This document shows positions 1 through 26,500 of a stretch of DNA of 64,000 bases, piece by piece. The translations under genes and the position numbers were made by a program. Source of the DNA: Trichoplax sp. H2. Taxonomy: Eukaryota. Below the pieces are notes generated by a model, which saw only the letters and a list, made by a program, of their open reading frames with translations, was not told where the DNA came from and did not search any database. The first letter of the stretch is position 1. Each line of letters opens with the position of its first letter. Where the stretch lies: assembly GCA_003344405.1 (NCBI GenBank), contig NOWV01000231.1, positions 1-64,000 of the forward strand, in the 5' to 3' direction.

Positions 1-189
1 CCGTCAATTTTTTACAGCGAATTGACTCAATAAAAATGAATGTGTCACTATCAGTGTCGCAATATTTTCCTAAATAGATTAATAAACTAGTAATTTAGTC
101 TATGAATAGTGATAGATGAAGTGGTAAGCTTTAGCAGGAATAGCCAGGGACGCAATGCATAACATAATCTCTACTTTGTGATGCGATAG

Positions 190-1401
190 CAAAAAGGAAA
201 GGTGAGTGGTGCTACAGTTACTGGTAATGGCTCTCCCGCTGGTCCTGTACCTTCGCCTCCTAAAACATCTAAGTTGCCACCAGTTGAAGCCCAAAAAAAT
301 CAACAGACGGAAGAAATTTTGAACTCTATTTTACCACCAAAGTATGTCTTAGATTTCAGTAAATGAGTCACCTGGATGTGATATAAAATATAAGACAATA
401 TTATAATTTCTTAAAATGTCTTTAAATCTACATTATTGCTATACCGTCTCTAAATGCTATAAATTCTTTTTCCTTCCATATATATTCACTTCTCTACTTT
501 TTTTTACAGAGAATGGCAAGATAATGGACAACTATGGACCCAACAAGTTTCCAGCACTCCAGCAACTCGCCTCGATGTAGTGAACCTACAAGAACAACTA
601 GATCAGAAGCTTCAACAGAGGCAAGCTAGAGAGACTGGAATATGTCCTGTTCGCAGAGAACTATATTCGCAGTCATTTGGTAATGAAGTTAATTGTCGAC
701 GAATAATCATGTAATAGTTCGGTTAATGGTAGCTTATGCTTTATACTTTTTGGGGAAATATTTTAGATGAGCTCATAAGACAAGTTACAATAAACTGCGC
801 TGAACGTGGTCTTCTACTTTTGAGGTAATGTAATGACATTTAGGCAGTATCTGAACTCTTATTAAGCTAATCAATCATCATGCCTTTCCACTGATGAAAA
901 CCTTTAATCATTACAGGGTTAGGGATGAAATACGGATGACCATTGCAGCTTATCAAACACTATACGAAAGCAGGTTGAAACTATATTCTGTGACTCGATT
1001 TCTTATAATCTTTGTTTTTTAATCAATTCTATCATTTCAATAAAGTGTTGCCTTCGGTATGAGAAAAGCTTTACAAGCGGAACAAGGTAAAGCTGACATG
1101 GAAAATAAAATTAGTGAATTAGAATCTGAAAAACGAGACTCAGAGAGACAAGTAAACGAACTAAAAGCAAAATGCGAAGCTATCGAAAAGCGTGAAGCTG
1201 AAAGAAGAATGGTAGAAGAAAAAAGACACACAGAAGAGATTCAATTTTTAAAGAGAACGAACCAACAGTTGAAAGTACGTAAATCTAGTCACTATATTTT
1301 TTTAGTAATTGATCGATTAATATGCATCTAATGTCTGTGTGTTAATCATTACAACTCCTTAGGCTCAATTAGAAGGCATAATTGCTCCAACAAGGAAATA
1401 A
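190..1401 (+). CDS. DNALI1: Axonemal dynein light intermediate chain p28 (5' exon(s) lie upstream of the window)
   Basis: Exons 190-341, 510-679, 767-824, 917-973, 1046-1274, 1363-1401 splice in frame with GT-AG introns. They give TEEILNSILPPKEW..VSSTPATRLDVVNLQEQLD..RQARETGICPVRRELYSQSFDELIRQVTINCAERGLLLLRVRDEIRMTIAAYQTLYESSVAFGMRKALQAEQGK..FLKRTNQQLKAQLEGII, the conserved p28 family sequence. Stop TAA at 1399-1401. Confidence 0.95.
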
Positions 1402-2900
1402 TTGAAGCTTAATGTCCTGATGCTGTAAATTATACGATTACCATTCTATCGATCTTATAATAACTGTATAAATTATGCAATTTGCATACGGTAACATAGT
1501 TTGTAGTAACTGCTAGTACAATGCATAATATAATAATAATAATCTTAATAATTTTAAAATGTATTACGATACAAATATTTTTTATCGACTCGATTCTTAG
1601 TTGCTTATCACTAGCAGTAGAGATAAGGAGTAAAACGTACAATAAAATTTTTACTTGTTAAAAATAGAACCTCGGTGTGCTTAAGTACCCGTGTAACTTG
1701 AAATATAATTTAGTGAAATAGCAATAGCCCTATTACATTGCAGCTGGCTCTTTTCTGTTTATTCATAGAAGAGCTACACATGGCATAATTAAGTTCAAAT
1801 AGATTGAATTACCGATAGAATATAATATGCCTGTATAAATATAAGCTATAAAGGGTTAGCATCTACACATTCATATTGGTCATGGCTCCGAATTGTGTAG
1901 TAGAAAAATCAGGATGTTACTTTATTCATTCCTTAGCTTAATATCATTCGATACTTTAAAAATTCCAAGAACTATACTATCCGTGTTTTTATTTGTAGCG
2001 TTCTCATTTGGATGTCGAGAAATCTGGAGGCAATTCTAGAGTGTCGGGAGCTTAAAGACTTTTCTAGAAATACCAGATTGATCTGATAATTCGATTTTAA
2101 TGCAGTAACAACCATTGCATGAAAATCTATCTGTGTACAAAACTTTCAAATGAAAGATCGAATACTAAAATATCATTAGTGATTAAATGTTCACTTGCCT
2201 ATTCTAATCAGCAGATTTTCTCAAGAAAGCACCGATACACAACACGTTACTGCATGTAGAATTCTAAACTTATAGTACAATAGCACTCTTTGCGTACAGC
2301 TCAGTCTAGTTCTGCGTGCTCGATATCTCAGGCAGAAAGTTTAATTCGATGTAATTTCGTGTTTAAGCAAATTAATACCATCCACGCATTTCTATTTTTA
2401 AAGCTATATCAGAATTATAAGCAAATTTTTACCGTATCCAATCTATTAATTCTGGTATGAATTTATAGCTTATAATTTTTGTGGAAAATGACTAATAGGT
2501 TTTACTCATTATATGTTGTAATAGTTTAATTTAGATATACTATCATCTCATACTATGGCGCCATAATCCTCTTCTAAATTAAGATAGCACCTTTACAAGC
2601 CTAGGCAATAATATTTACGGTGGAATATTAACGTGAAGTTAATATCCACCTGTACTGTAGCATGGTAGAAAGTATGGTACTTTTCAGATGGATATTTATG
2701 ATACTCTGAGCTGAAGAGAAATAATTTCGAGTATTCGTAACCAGAGTTATTCATTCATGATGCGTAAAGGAACCGTGAAAATTTCAAAACAGCAAGCACT
2801 AGATGAAATAATATTCGATTTTATTTTAATCTAGAAAATTCTTAGAAGGGAATTTCTGTTTATTTCCTTTTACGAAAAGAAGAATCAGCAGTAAGGCGAT

Positions 2901-3520
2901 CCGCTACTCTAATTTAGTAAAGAAGCTGAGGAATAGAATGGCTTTGCTATATTATTATTTTCTAAATCTGCTACTCTAATTTAGTAAAGAAGCTGAGGAA
3001 TAGGATGGCTTTGCTATATTATTATTTTCTAAATCTGCTACTCTAATTTAGTAAAGAAGCTGAGGAATAGAATGGCTTTGCTATATTATTATTTTCTAAA
3101 TCTGCTACTCTAATTTAGTCAAGAAGCTGAGGAATAGAATGGCTTTGCTATATTATTATTTTCTAAATCTGCTACTCTTATTTAGTAAAGAAGCTGAGGA
3201 ATAGGATGGTTTTGCTATATTATTATTTTCTAAATCTGCTACTCTAATTTAGTAAAGAAGCTCAAATTTAGTAAAGAAGCTGAGGAATAGGATGGCTTTG
3301 CTATATTATTATTTTCTAAATCTGCTACTCTAATTTAGTAAAGAAGCTGAGGAATAGAATGGCTTTGCTATATTATTATTTTCTAAATCTGCTACTCTAA
3401 TTTAGTAAAGAAGCTGAGGAATAGGATGGCTTTGCTATATTATTATTTTCTAAATCTGCTACTCTAATTTAGTCAAGAAGCTGAGGAATAGAATGGCTTT
3501 GCTATATTATTATTTTCTAA
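2901..3520. repeat. 67-bp tandem minisatellite, ~9 near-identical copies
   Basis: Unit CTGCTACTCTAATTTAGTAAAGAAGCTGAGGAATAG(A/G)ATGGCTTTGCTATATTATTATTTTCTAAAT starts at 2901, 2968, 3035, 3102, 3169, 3236 (this copy has a ~19-nt internal duplication), 3322, 3389 and 3456. Confidence 0.97.
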
Positions 3521-3636
3521 CTTGGCATAAGCACTTGCACAACAACCAGGAATGAATGACTTTAGTACCCCATACTAAAATGCCATGCATACTCAATCAT
3601 ACGTTATTAGACTAGCGACTAGTATACAAATCGCCC

Positions 3637-3672
3637 ACTCTGGTACCGTGAAATGTGTCACGGTACCAGAGT
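3637..3672. other. Perfect 15-bp inverted repeat (6-nt loop)
   Basis: ACTCTGGTACCGTGA-AATGTG-TCACGGTACCAGAGT. Confidence 0.9.
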
Positions 3673-3877
3673 ACAAACCAGGGTGAAAATATGATGATGT
3701 CAGCACGACGTTGTACTATGAGTCTGACAGTATTTAATGATGGTACTATACGGCTGCCTACTGTAGTGTCCCAAATCAGTCATAGAAATATATATTACAG
3801 ACTTACCGTCAAGTTGTTAAAAAGGAAGAGTCTTGAGATATGATTTTATTCGTAGCAAGTAGTGTAAAGAAGAAAGT

Positions 3878-6800
3878 ATGGAGTATGCAACGGAAACTAC
3901 CCCAACTCCTAAAATGTATGTTATGTCTATGTAAGAAATAAGCTGCCATCAGTAGTATAAATTATTTGATTGGAAAGATTCGATCGTTCAAAATTCATAG
4001 TTAATTTCGGTTTATGTCTATGATTTTATTAGTTTATGCTGCCAATGTGGCACACTGATCGATGCCAATCCTGCAAACATGTGCGTTGGTTGTATCAGGG
4101 CTCATGTAGATATAACAGAAGGAATTCCTAAACAGTCAACGTTGTATTTTTGTCGCTTCTGTCTGAGGTAAGTTAAGTTGACTCAAAATCGTAGCGAGTT
4201 ATATCTTATGGGAAATGGAATTGAAGGGTGCCGTGAAGAGATGATCATCTATGGCTACAGTAATCAATGTGTAGATATCTACCTATGGAACAAACTAAAA
4301 ATACCCCTCCCCATTTTTAAATTGGATACTGCACTTTCCTAGAATAGATGAATGATTTACAGTATAGTATTATTATTATTATGGATCATTTCAATAATGT
4401 CACTATTATGATCTGCATCACAATTTAGGTACTTACAACCACCTTCAACTTGGGTTCAATGTGTTTTAGAGTCTCGTGAATTGCTTGCGTTATGCCTTAA
4501 GAGATTAAAAGGATTAACTAAAGTATTGTATCGTTTCCTAGAAGCTTGAATAGAAGTAAAGATTTTGATTGCGACACATTTTTCAAACGCTGTCGTTTTG
4601 TAAATGTCTAAAATATTGAAGCTATTCTATAACTATGTTATAACTTTATCAGGTACGTTTAGTTGATGCTGGCTTTGTATGGACGGAACCTCATTCAAAA
4701 CGAGTTAAAGTAAAGTTAACGGTGCAAAAAGAGGTACTGCACTTTAGTTACAAAGACCTTAACTTTGTATTCTATCAAGCATAAACTCAAGTGAGGATAT
4801 GCGATACGTGCTCAATACGCATTTATTCCACTACCACTACGAAGACCCTATTCGATTATAAATTACTCATGATTAAAAGTAGTTGATATCATGACGGCGT
4901 GCTAAGATATGACCAGTAAAGTTATTTTGTTTCCTACAGGTTTTAAATTGCACCATTTTGCAGCAACAGTTTGTCGTTGAATATGTAGTGCATCATCAAA
5001 TGTGCGATGAATGCCAAAGACGTGAAGCCAAAGATTATTGGAAGGCAGTGTGCCAAGTTCGCCAAAGGGTAGGATGCTATACATTTGGATATACATTAGT
5101 AAATCAATTCTTATAAAAAATCTTATTTAAAAATCAATGAACGTGGTCTAAACGTCAACCTTTAAACTATAGACTTCTCATAAGAAAACTTTCTTCTACC
5201 TGGAACAACTTTTAATAAAGCATCAAGCTCATTCTAATGCTGTCAAGATAGTAGATGAAGCCAGTTCGTAAACAATCATTTACCTTTCTTTGGTGTAGGG
5301 TTATATATAACAGCAATTGGATAAAATAACTAAAATTTTGTTACTATTGGATAGATGGTCTGGACTTTTTCTTCGCCTCTAAAGACGATTCCCGGAAGCT
5401 AGTTGATTTTTTACAATCAGTAGTCCCTTGTAGGTTAGTTTCTTGTAATGCTGTACAGCTTTTGTTGTTGCATGCACCCTAATCGGCTTTACCATAAACT
5501 TATAAAATTACTACTGAAACTGCTTCTTTTATTTTAGATACAAAACTTCTCAACATTTAGTGTCTCACGATTGCCATAGTAATATCTACAATTATAAATA
5601 TACTTTTTCCGTTGAAATTGTGCCTATTTGTAAGGTAATACTTTATTATTTCCTAACTGTATCCTTATTATAACGCAGTAGCTACAATCCCAATTTTGCC
5701 ACTTTAATTATAATTGTAGGATGACGTCGTTTGTCTACCATTAAAAGTAGCCAATTCATTAGGGAATATAGGGTAAGTTCTGAAACTCTAGTCATTACAA
5801 TGATGTAATAGAATTGGATTCAATTTGATCGCCTAGGCAATCAGTTCACATATCTACAACGTGTTTATAAATTTGATTGATTTTCTAGGCAGCTATTGAT
5901 TTGCACACAGATCACAAATACCATTCATTTAACAGACCCAACAACACTACAAAGTTAGTTATCTTCGTTTAAAAGAAGTTTATATTTTTCCTGTAATAAT
6001 TCATTTTGCAAGTATTAATCTACTAGGTATTGCATACACGTACTTACGATATAACCCTATTCTAAAATATCTGATGTAGCTGTTTCTGTACAACCGGATG
6101 TATTTTGGAAGCAACCGTTCCATACGATATGCACTCAGAAACAATTAATTGAGTATACAATCTTGGAGATAGAATTTATTGAACAGAAAGACGCTAGATA
6201 TTCCTCAGAAAAGGTATCTACCGCCATAATACGTCTAATGATATGTGAAGGTTAACTAAATTAGATCAAGACATAAGTGACTGTGGTTTTATTATTAGTA
6301 TAAACTTGCGGACGTCTGGATCGTAAAAAGTAAAGATTTGGGAATAAGTGACACACAATTTCACTGTCGTACCCACCTTGGTAACATTATAAGTCCAGGA
6401 GACACAATCTTAGGGTATAATGTTTGCTATAATATTCAAACAAAGATTTTCAAATTCCCCTAACGTTTAACATTGAATACCTCAGCTTTGACATCAACGG
6501 AAGCAACGTTAACAATGACAATTTTTATAAAATGCCTTCCAGAAAAGTCCCTGATGTGGTATACAATGCTACTTGATATTAACTGCATCAGGAAAAGTTT
6601 AAGATTTTAATTATAGCTTTTATTAGATTCTAGTTAAGAAGCATTTTGGTGACAAGCGTAAACGCCATAGTAAGCGAAATTGGAAGTTAAAATCGTTGAA
6701 GAAAGAAACGGGTGCCAATATTGATATGGAAACGGACGATATGTACGTCTTGTACGGTAGTAATCCTTTTACAGTTGAGATTATTGCACAATGGTGCCAG

Positions 6801-7218
6801 GCTAGATGGAAAGAAATAGTAGTACTGGAAATTAGAGATTTATTACTTGCCAGTAAATACCTAAACAATGATTAACTGCCATATATTTCAGGGATTATGA
6901 TAACTTTTTGGAGGATTTAGAGGAAGATCCTACTTATCGTCAAAACGTTAATATCTATAAAGGTACCATATTTTGGATATTATACCATGATAATTTATCT
7001 ATAGCCGCCGAAATGATAATGATGTATTTACTTTATACTCAAAGTAGGCTGCACTTGCACTTAATATGGTTTTAAAAATTAATCTTAAAAATTTTATAGA
7101 TCCTAAATTTAAAGGTAATAAGGATTCTAGACCAGACCCTGACGAACAACTCCCTTCGATCGGATTAGAAGAGATGTTAGAAGATTTATGTATTGATGAT
7201 GAAGAAGATAATTATTAA
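3878..7218 (+). CDS. NMD3: 60S ribosomal export protein NMD3 (multi-exon)
   Basis: ATG at 3878 (MEYATETTPTPK). Spliced exons give ILCCQCGTLIDANPANMCVGCIR, FCRFCLRYLQPP..LESRELLALCLKRLKGL, RLVDAGFVWTEPHSKRVKVKL, CASSNVR, SHKKTFFYLEQL, RTHLGNIISPGD, DYDNFLEDLEEDP and a C-terminal NES-like LEEMLEDLCI. Stop TAA at 7216-7218. Confidence 0.95.
6747..6870 (+). ncRNA. Candidate intronic box H/ACA snoRNA in NMD3
   Basis: Hand-folding gives hairpin-hinge (ANANNA = AAAGAA)-hairpin-ACA+3 nt inside intron 6743-6891. No covariance-model support. Confidence 0.35.
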
Positions 7219-7299
7219 TCCTAATTAGAAGCTGTCCAGTTTAAGGGATTCTCAGTACAAACCAGACACGTAAAAAATGTAGTCATTACGGTGGGCCTC

Positions 7300-7555
7300 T
7301 GACATGTAATCATTTGTCTGGGCTTAGCAACAGCAATTGCCGAAGATACCATATAAAAATGTTGGTATTGTATTGATTTCGATTAAACTAGCCTTCAAGG
7401 AAAGAGGAAATAGTTATGTCTGGATAAATCATCTATGTAATCATTAGACGAGGCTTGGCAACAACAATTGCAAAAAACATCGACATAAAATTAATTTTAA
7501 TTGAACTAGCCTTAGAGGAAAGAGAAAATAATTATCTCTGTGGATATATCAGCAT
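7300..7555. repeat. Two-copy ~130-bp degenerate direct repeat downstream of NMD3
   Basis: ATGTAATCATT..GGCTT(A/G)GCAACA(G/A)CAATTGC..AACTAGCCTT..AGGAAAGAG(G/A)AAATA..TGGATA occurs at ~7303 and ~7434. Confidence 0.8.
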
Positions 7556-8283
7556 CACTTTATGAGCATAAAACAATTTAAAACATGAAATATATTTCAC
7601 GTTATACTGCGATTTTTAAGTTATAATATTATAAAATAAAATTAACTTCTAACTCTTGTTTAAAATACGACTTATGCAGTGAAAATATGCTCCAGTAACA
7701 AGGACTTAAATCAGATCAGTAAATAATTTTTTGTAAATTCAAATCTACTAATAAACGTGGAATTAGCTATCGTGATCATCACTGCAGAAGTATAGTACAT
7801 CCTTAATTTTATGATTGTCTGAAGTTGACTATACTGTATCAGTAAACAAATAAAGAACGCGTGCTTATAGAACACTGGTATCATACCATGTCAGAAGAGG
7901 AGATTATAGTTGTATGTAGCTGTATTAGCTATATACTGTACAGCAGTATTGAGTGGATGACAATTTTACTACTGCCTTATTAAGATTAATTACTATTTTC
8001 ATATTCATCAATATTTTTATCATTAACTATTCCACTTAACAGCAATTGCGTATAGTGTACTTTAGTGTATCATACTAGCACGAATGCCACAGTACGGTAG
8101 CAGTACTGCCAATAGACCAGTAATTTACTGAATGATGCTCAAGTGCCTAGAGCCCACCCCCTACCGTGTGCTTTAATGCTGCAAACCATACTGATCCGTG
8201 CAATCAGAATTCGCACTGTAGTCAGTATGGGTGACAATGGATGTTTGAGTCACTATTACTGTCACGGGACCGGTATTAAGTAG

Positions 8284-8364
8284 AACCAATCAACTCCGAC
8301 GTTAACATGGTTACGGGTAACGAATCGACGTCAACCAATCTGACTTAACGGTTGCAATAGCAAC
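8284..8364 (+). promoter_or_regulatory. Putative LRRC9 promoter: RFX X-box-like palindromes plus CCAAT boxes
   Basis: GTTAACATGGTTAC (8301-8314) and GTTGCAATAGCAAC (8351-8364) resemble the RFX consensus GTTNCCATRGNAAC. AACCAATC occurs at ~8284 and ~8333. All lie ~290-360 nt upstream of the ATG. Confidence 0.6.
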
Positions 8365-8647
8365 GACTACTATGATAATATGTAACAGCCAACTAATAAC
8401 TAACTAGAACTTTAGATGCAGCCTAATAAATGCAAAGGGATCGAAATTCATTAGCAAATCTAATAATTGATGTTGTTATAGAACTATGTTGATTATTTAA
8501 GCGTACTGTATCAACCTTCTCGAGTAATGAGAGCGTAGTAAAAGGCAATAATTAATTATTCTACCCCTGTGTATAGCTGTGTACATAATTGCGCCATTAA
8601 AACTTATAAAATTTGTATTCGATTCCGAGAATTAATTCAATACAAGG

Positions 8648-23195
<14,548 letters not shown>

Positions 23196-23575
23196 AAGAT
23201 CAAAATTCTTAGGAAATGAAATTTATTTCGATTGTAGATAGTGCTTCGTACACCATAATCTTACAATCCTGTGCGGCTTTTTTGTTTTATATATCTAAAT
23301 ATTTAAACGATAATGGGTTACATGTATTTATGACACATTTTGTGTTACAGATAGATAAAGTTTGCTAAGATTTTACTATTTTTATATTGAAATTTTGTAA
23401 ACTGGTATTAAATTCATCTTAACATTAAATGTTTTTGAAAAACAACAGATTGCATTCATTAAAAGTTTGCAATTTCAACATTAAATAATTTTGATAATCA
23501 AAAACGGTACCTATCCGGATGCATAACGAAAATCATAATCTTTTTACTTTCGAAGATTTTACTATAAAATATAAT

Positions 23576-26500
23576 TTATACAAAGCCAAAAACTTTGATT
23601 TTAATAGCCATAAGCAGTTTAGATTTCAGTATAGCTTTGCTTGAATATAACGGAAGATATAATCGAGAAATACAAGTATTAGCAGTCGGTAAATGTTGAT
23701 CATCTGATGGCCTTATCGTTATTGTCGGTAACGGTTGAAAACCTTCTCCGCTTACAGGTAATGCGGGACTGGAGGTCCAAAAATACAACTAAATTTGCAA
23801 AGTGTTGACTAGTTAAAATTTACACGAGGATAAACAGAAAATAAAAGAATCAAGAAAGCTACCAGTTCTCTCTTTTCTTCAGTACTCATTTTCTCAAAAA
23901 TAGACCAAAACCACCGCTTAAGCCTTTCCACATTACCAGAGGATCCTTCTGAAAATTAGTTACAATATTAGAAAAGTTCTGAAAATATAAATGAAATAAA
24001 ATAAAAAAATCTGATATAATTCTTACTGCTTTCATCATTGAAGGAAGTATGTCTCTTAACCCACTTTACATCAACTTCTCCGATACCGTTCAAAAGTAAG
24101 CGCAAATCCTCGGTATTTAAATTTTTAAACGCATTTTGCGGAATCACATCAAATATTCCTTTTCGCATCGCCTTTCAATAATAAATCATTACAGTAAGTG
24201 ATCACGAACATGTCGTCAACATCTATTACCTAGTACTTTCAAAAAAACTTACATCCAAAGGTTTCTGCATACAAAAGTACATTTTTTGCATAGCATATAA
24301 TTCAACATATTCGTAAACGTTTTCTGGTGTAACAGAAATTCCGGAACCACCCTCAATTAATTCAACTTCTTTTCCACCTTCTTCCTGAGATAAATTGATA
24401 ACAAATCGTAAATCCATTTCTTTGAAATACTGCTCCGCATTATCTTTATTGCCAGCCATTATCAATTGCCGTAAGTTTTCATATAGCGAGGCATTGAAAA
24501 ATGCTAGATCATGCCATTGTACCTATGACGGAAATGAATTTACTAATTTTAGAATAAAGATTAAACGCAATATATATGAAATGGAAAGACTTTATTTCAT
24601 ATGCGGCCACATACGTCTCTATTCAGCAATACTTTTAGAACGTGACGGTTAAATGTTAGCGTTGAGACTTCATTTTGAAGCAAGCACAAGCCAATAATTC
24701 TACACAAATATACAAAGAAAAAGTCATAATTACGACAAACTTTACGGTTAGATAATAAAGTTGAAGTTGAATAATTAGATAAAATAGATCTAAGAACATC
24801 GAGGCGTTACAAAAAGTAAAATTTTAGCCAACCTTCCTATGTTTCTGAAAAGATTCAACCTCGTAAGGCTATTAGATCCAGGGCGAGGCGAATAGAAACC
24901 GACCTTGCCCGGTTGATAAAATAGAGGTTCATTGTCTTTGCTATTTTGATGAGAGCTGTTATCTTCAGTTTCACTAGCTCACAATAATGAATACGAGACC
25001 GTTACGATATGATTAATGCAACTATTTAAGATATAAAATTCCATGCACATTTAGTATTATAACCTTTGATGAGAACATATAATGGATATAGCTTCATCAA
25101 TACGTTGACGTAGATAATTTTCGTCAGAAAATAATGCCAATAAATTTTGAGTAGGAGCATGTTCCAAAAGCATGCCCGTAATCTTAGCAGCATGTTCCTG
25201 AAAACAAAATATAGCATGCTTACTGTCATTACCTACTTTTAACTAACTGTTACTTGAACGAAAGCGTTATCTTACAGGATGAAAAGCTCTAATCTTCTCA
25301 AAAAGTCTTTTACCGAGGACCTGTTTTTCACTAGAGTTATATATTACACTCTCAAGATGACTATACTTCGTTGGATCGAATGAGGGAGCATCGTAAGATA
25401 ACGGATAGCTTTGTACATCTCTAATTCTGTTCGTGGATACGAAATAATTCCTGCCTCTACGCCGATCGTTACCAAGATTTACATCTGTCCGAGACATCAT
25501 CATGTAATTAACTATTCCATTACGATTAACTATTACTCGTATAGTACAACACCAATTCTTACCCCTGCTACTACTTGACCCTGCATTCAATACAGGTAAT
25601 TTTTCATTTGATAGGAATGCCTGTTTTAAGAACCGACGTTACTGCGAGCTTAGTTAGTATTACAGCACGATAATCTAGAACTTACTTCAGCAATGCCAGA
25701 ATAAAAGCTGCGAGCGACACCGCTTCCTTCTCCCGGTTCGTTTTTAAACGAGGCCTTAACTCTATGGACTGCCAACGGTTGATCTAGTGTTTGATGCTTC
25801 TTATAGAAGTCGTTTAAACTTATAACGGTTTGCTTTATCATTGCCGCTCCGTCTCTTTCAACCTAAATGTAACAAACGTTAGAATTAAAAAATAGAATGC
25901 TAATTTGTATCATGCAATTATACTATATGTAGTACCTCAATGACTAAATCTCGTGTTTGTAAATTTTTATGTTTTTCCATTTCGCGTCTAAAAGCAGCTT
26001 CTTTGATATCGAAAGAAACTAATTCTGTCAAGATAGAATCTGGCTGACAACCAATATCTTCCATAAAAGCACGACTAAATAATTCAACTGTAAGCTTCCA
26101 TCGTCCGAGCCAGCATTCAGGCTTCATTTCGTTAAAATCAGTGCCACAATCGCCTAAAAGAAAATGGTGATCATCATTCGATAATCTCTTCAAAGTATGT
26201 AGTACAAATCAAAGAAGAACGTAACGATACTAACCATGTTGATTTTGTAATCTTGTAGATAAATTAAGATCCACAGACACACTACGGTTAGAGTTAAAGC
26301 AATCTCTAGTATCAATGCTTGAACTGAATAAGTCCTGTTTTAATACTGAAGGACTGAGTAAATGAGGTTTCTCAGCTAATGGCAATGCAATGTTCATAGG
26401 TGTCTTGAAAGGATCTGCCGGTTCCGATCCTAAGTGCAACGTGGAGTTCGTTCTTCGGAAAAAACGTTTATTCTTTCGTACGCGGCTTTCGTAAACTTTA

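Noticed and set aside
2901..3520. CRISPR-like appearance of the regular repeats (also 13165-14258)
   Set aside because: Units are contiguous with no unique spacers, there are no cas genes, and the context is eukaryotic.
4210..4425. Second H/ACA-like pattern in an NMD3 intron (AGAATA hinge, hairpin, ACA at 4420)
   Set aside because: The ACA lies only a few nt from the 3' splice site, so the branch point would fall inside the RNA, and the 5' hairpin is poorly defined.
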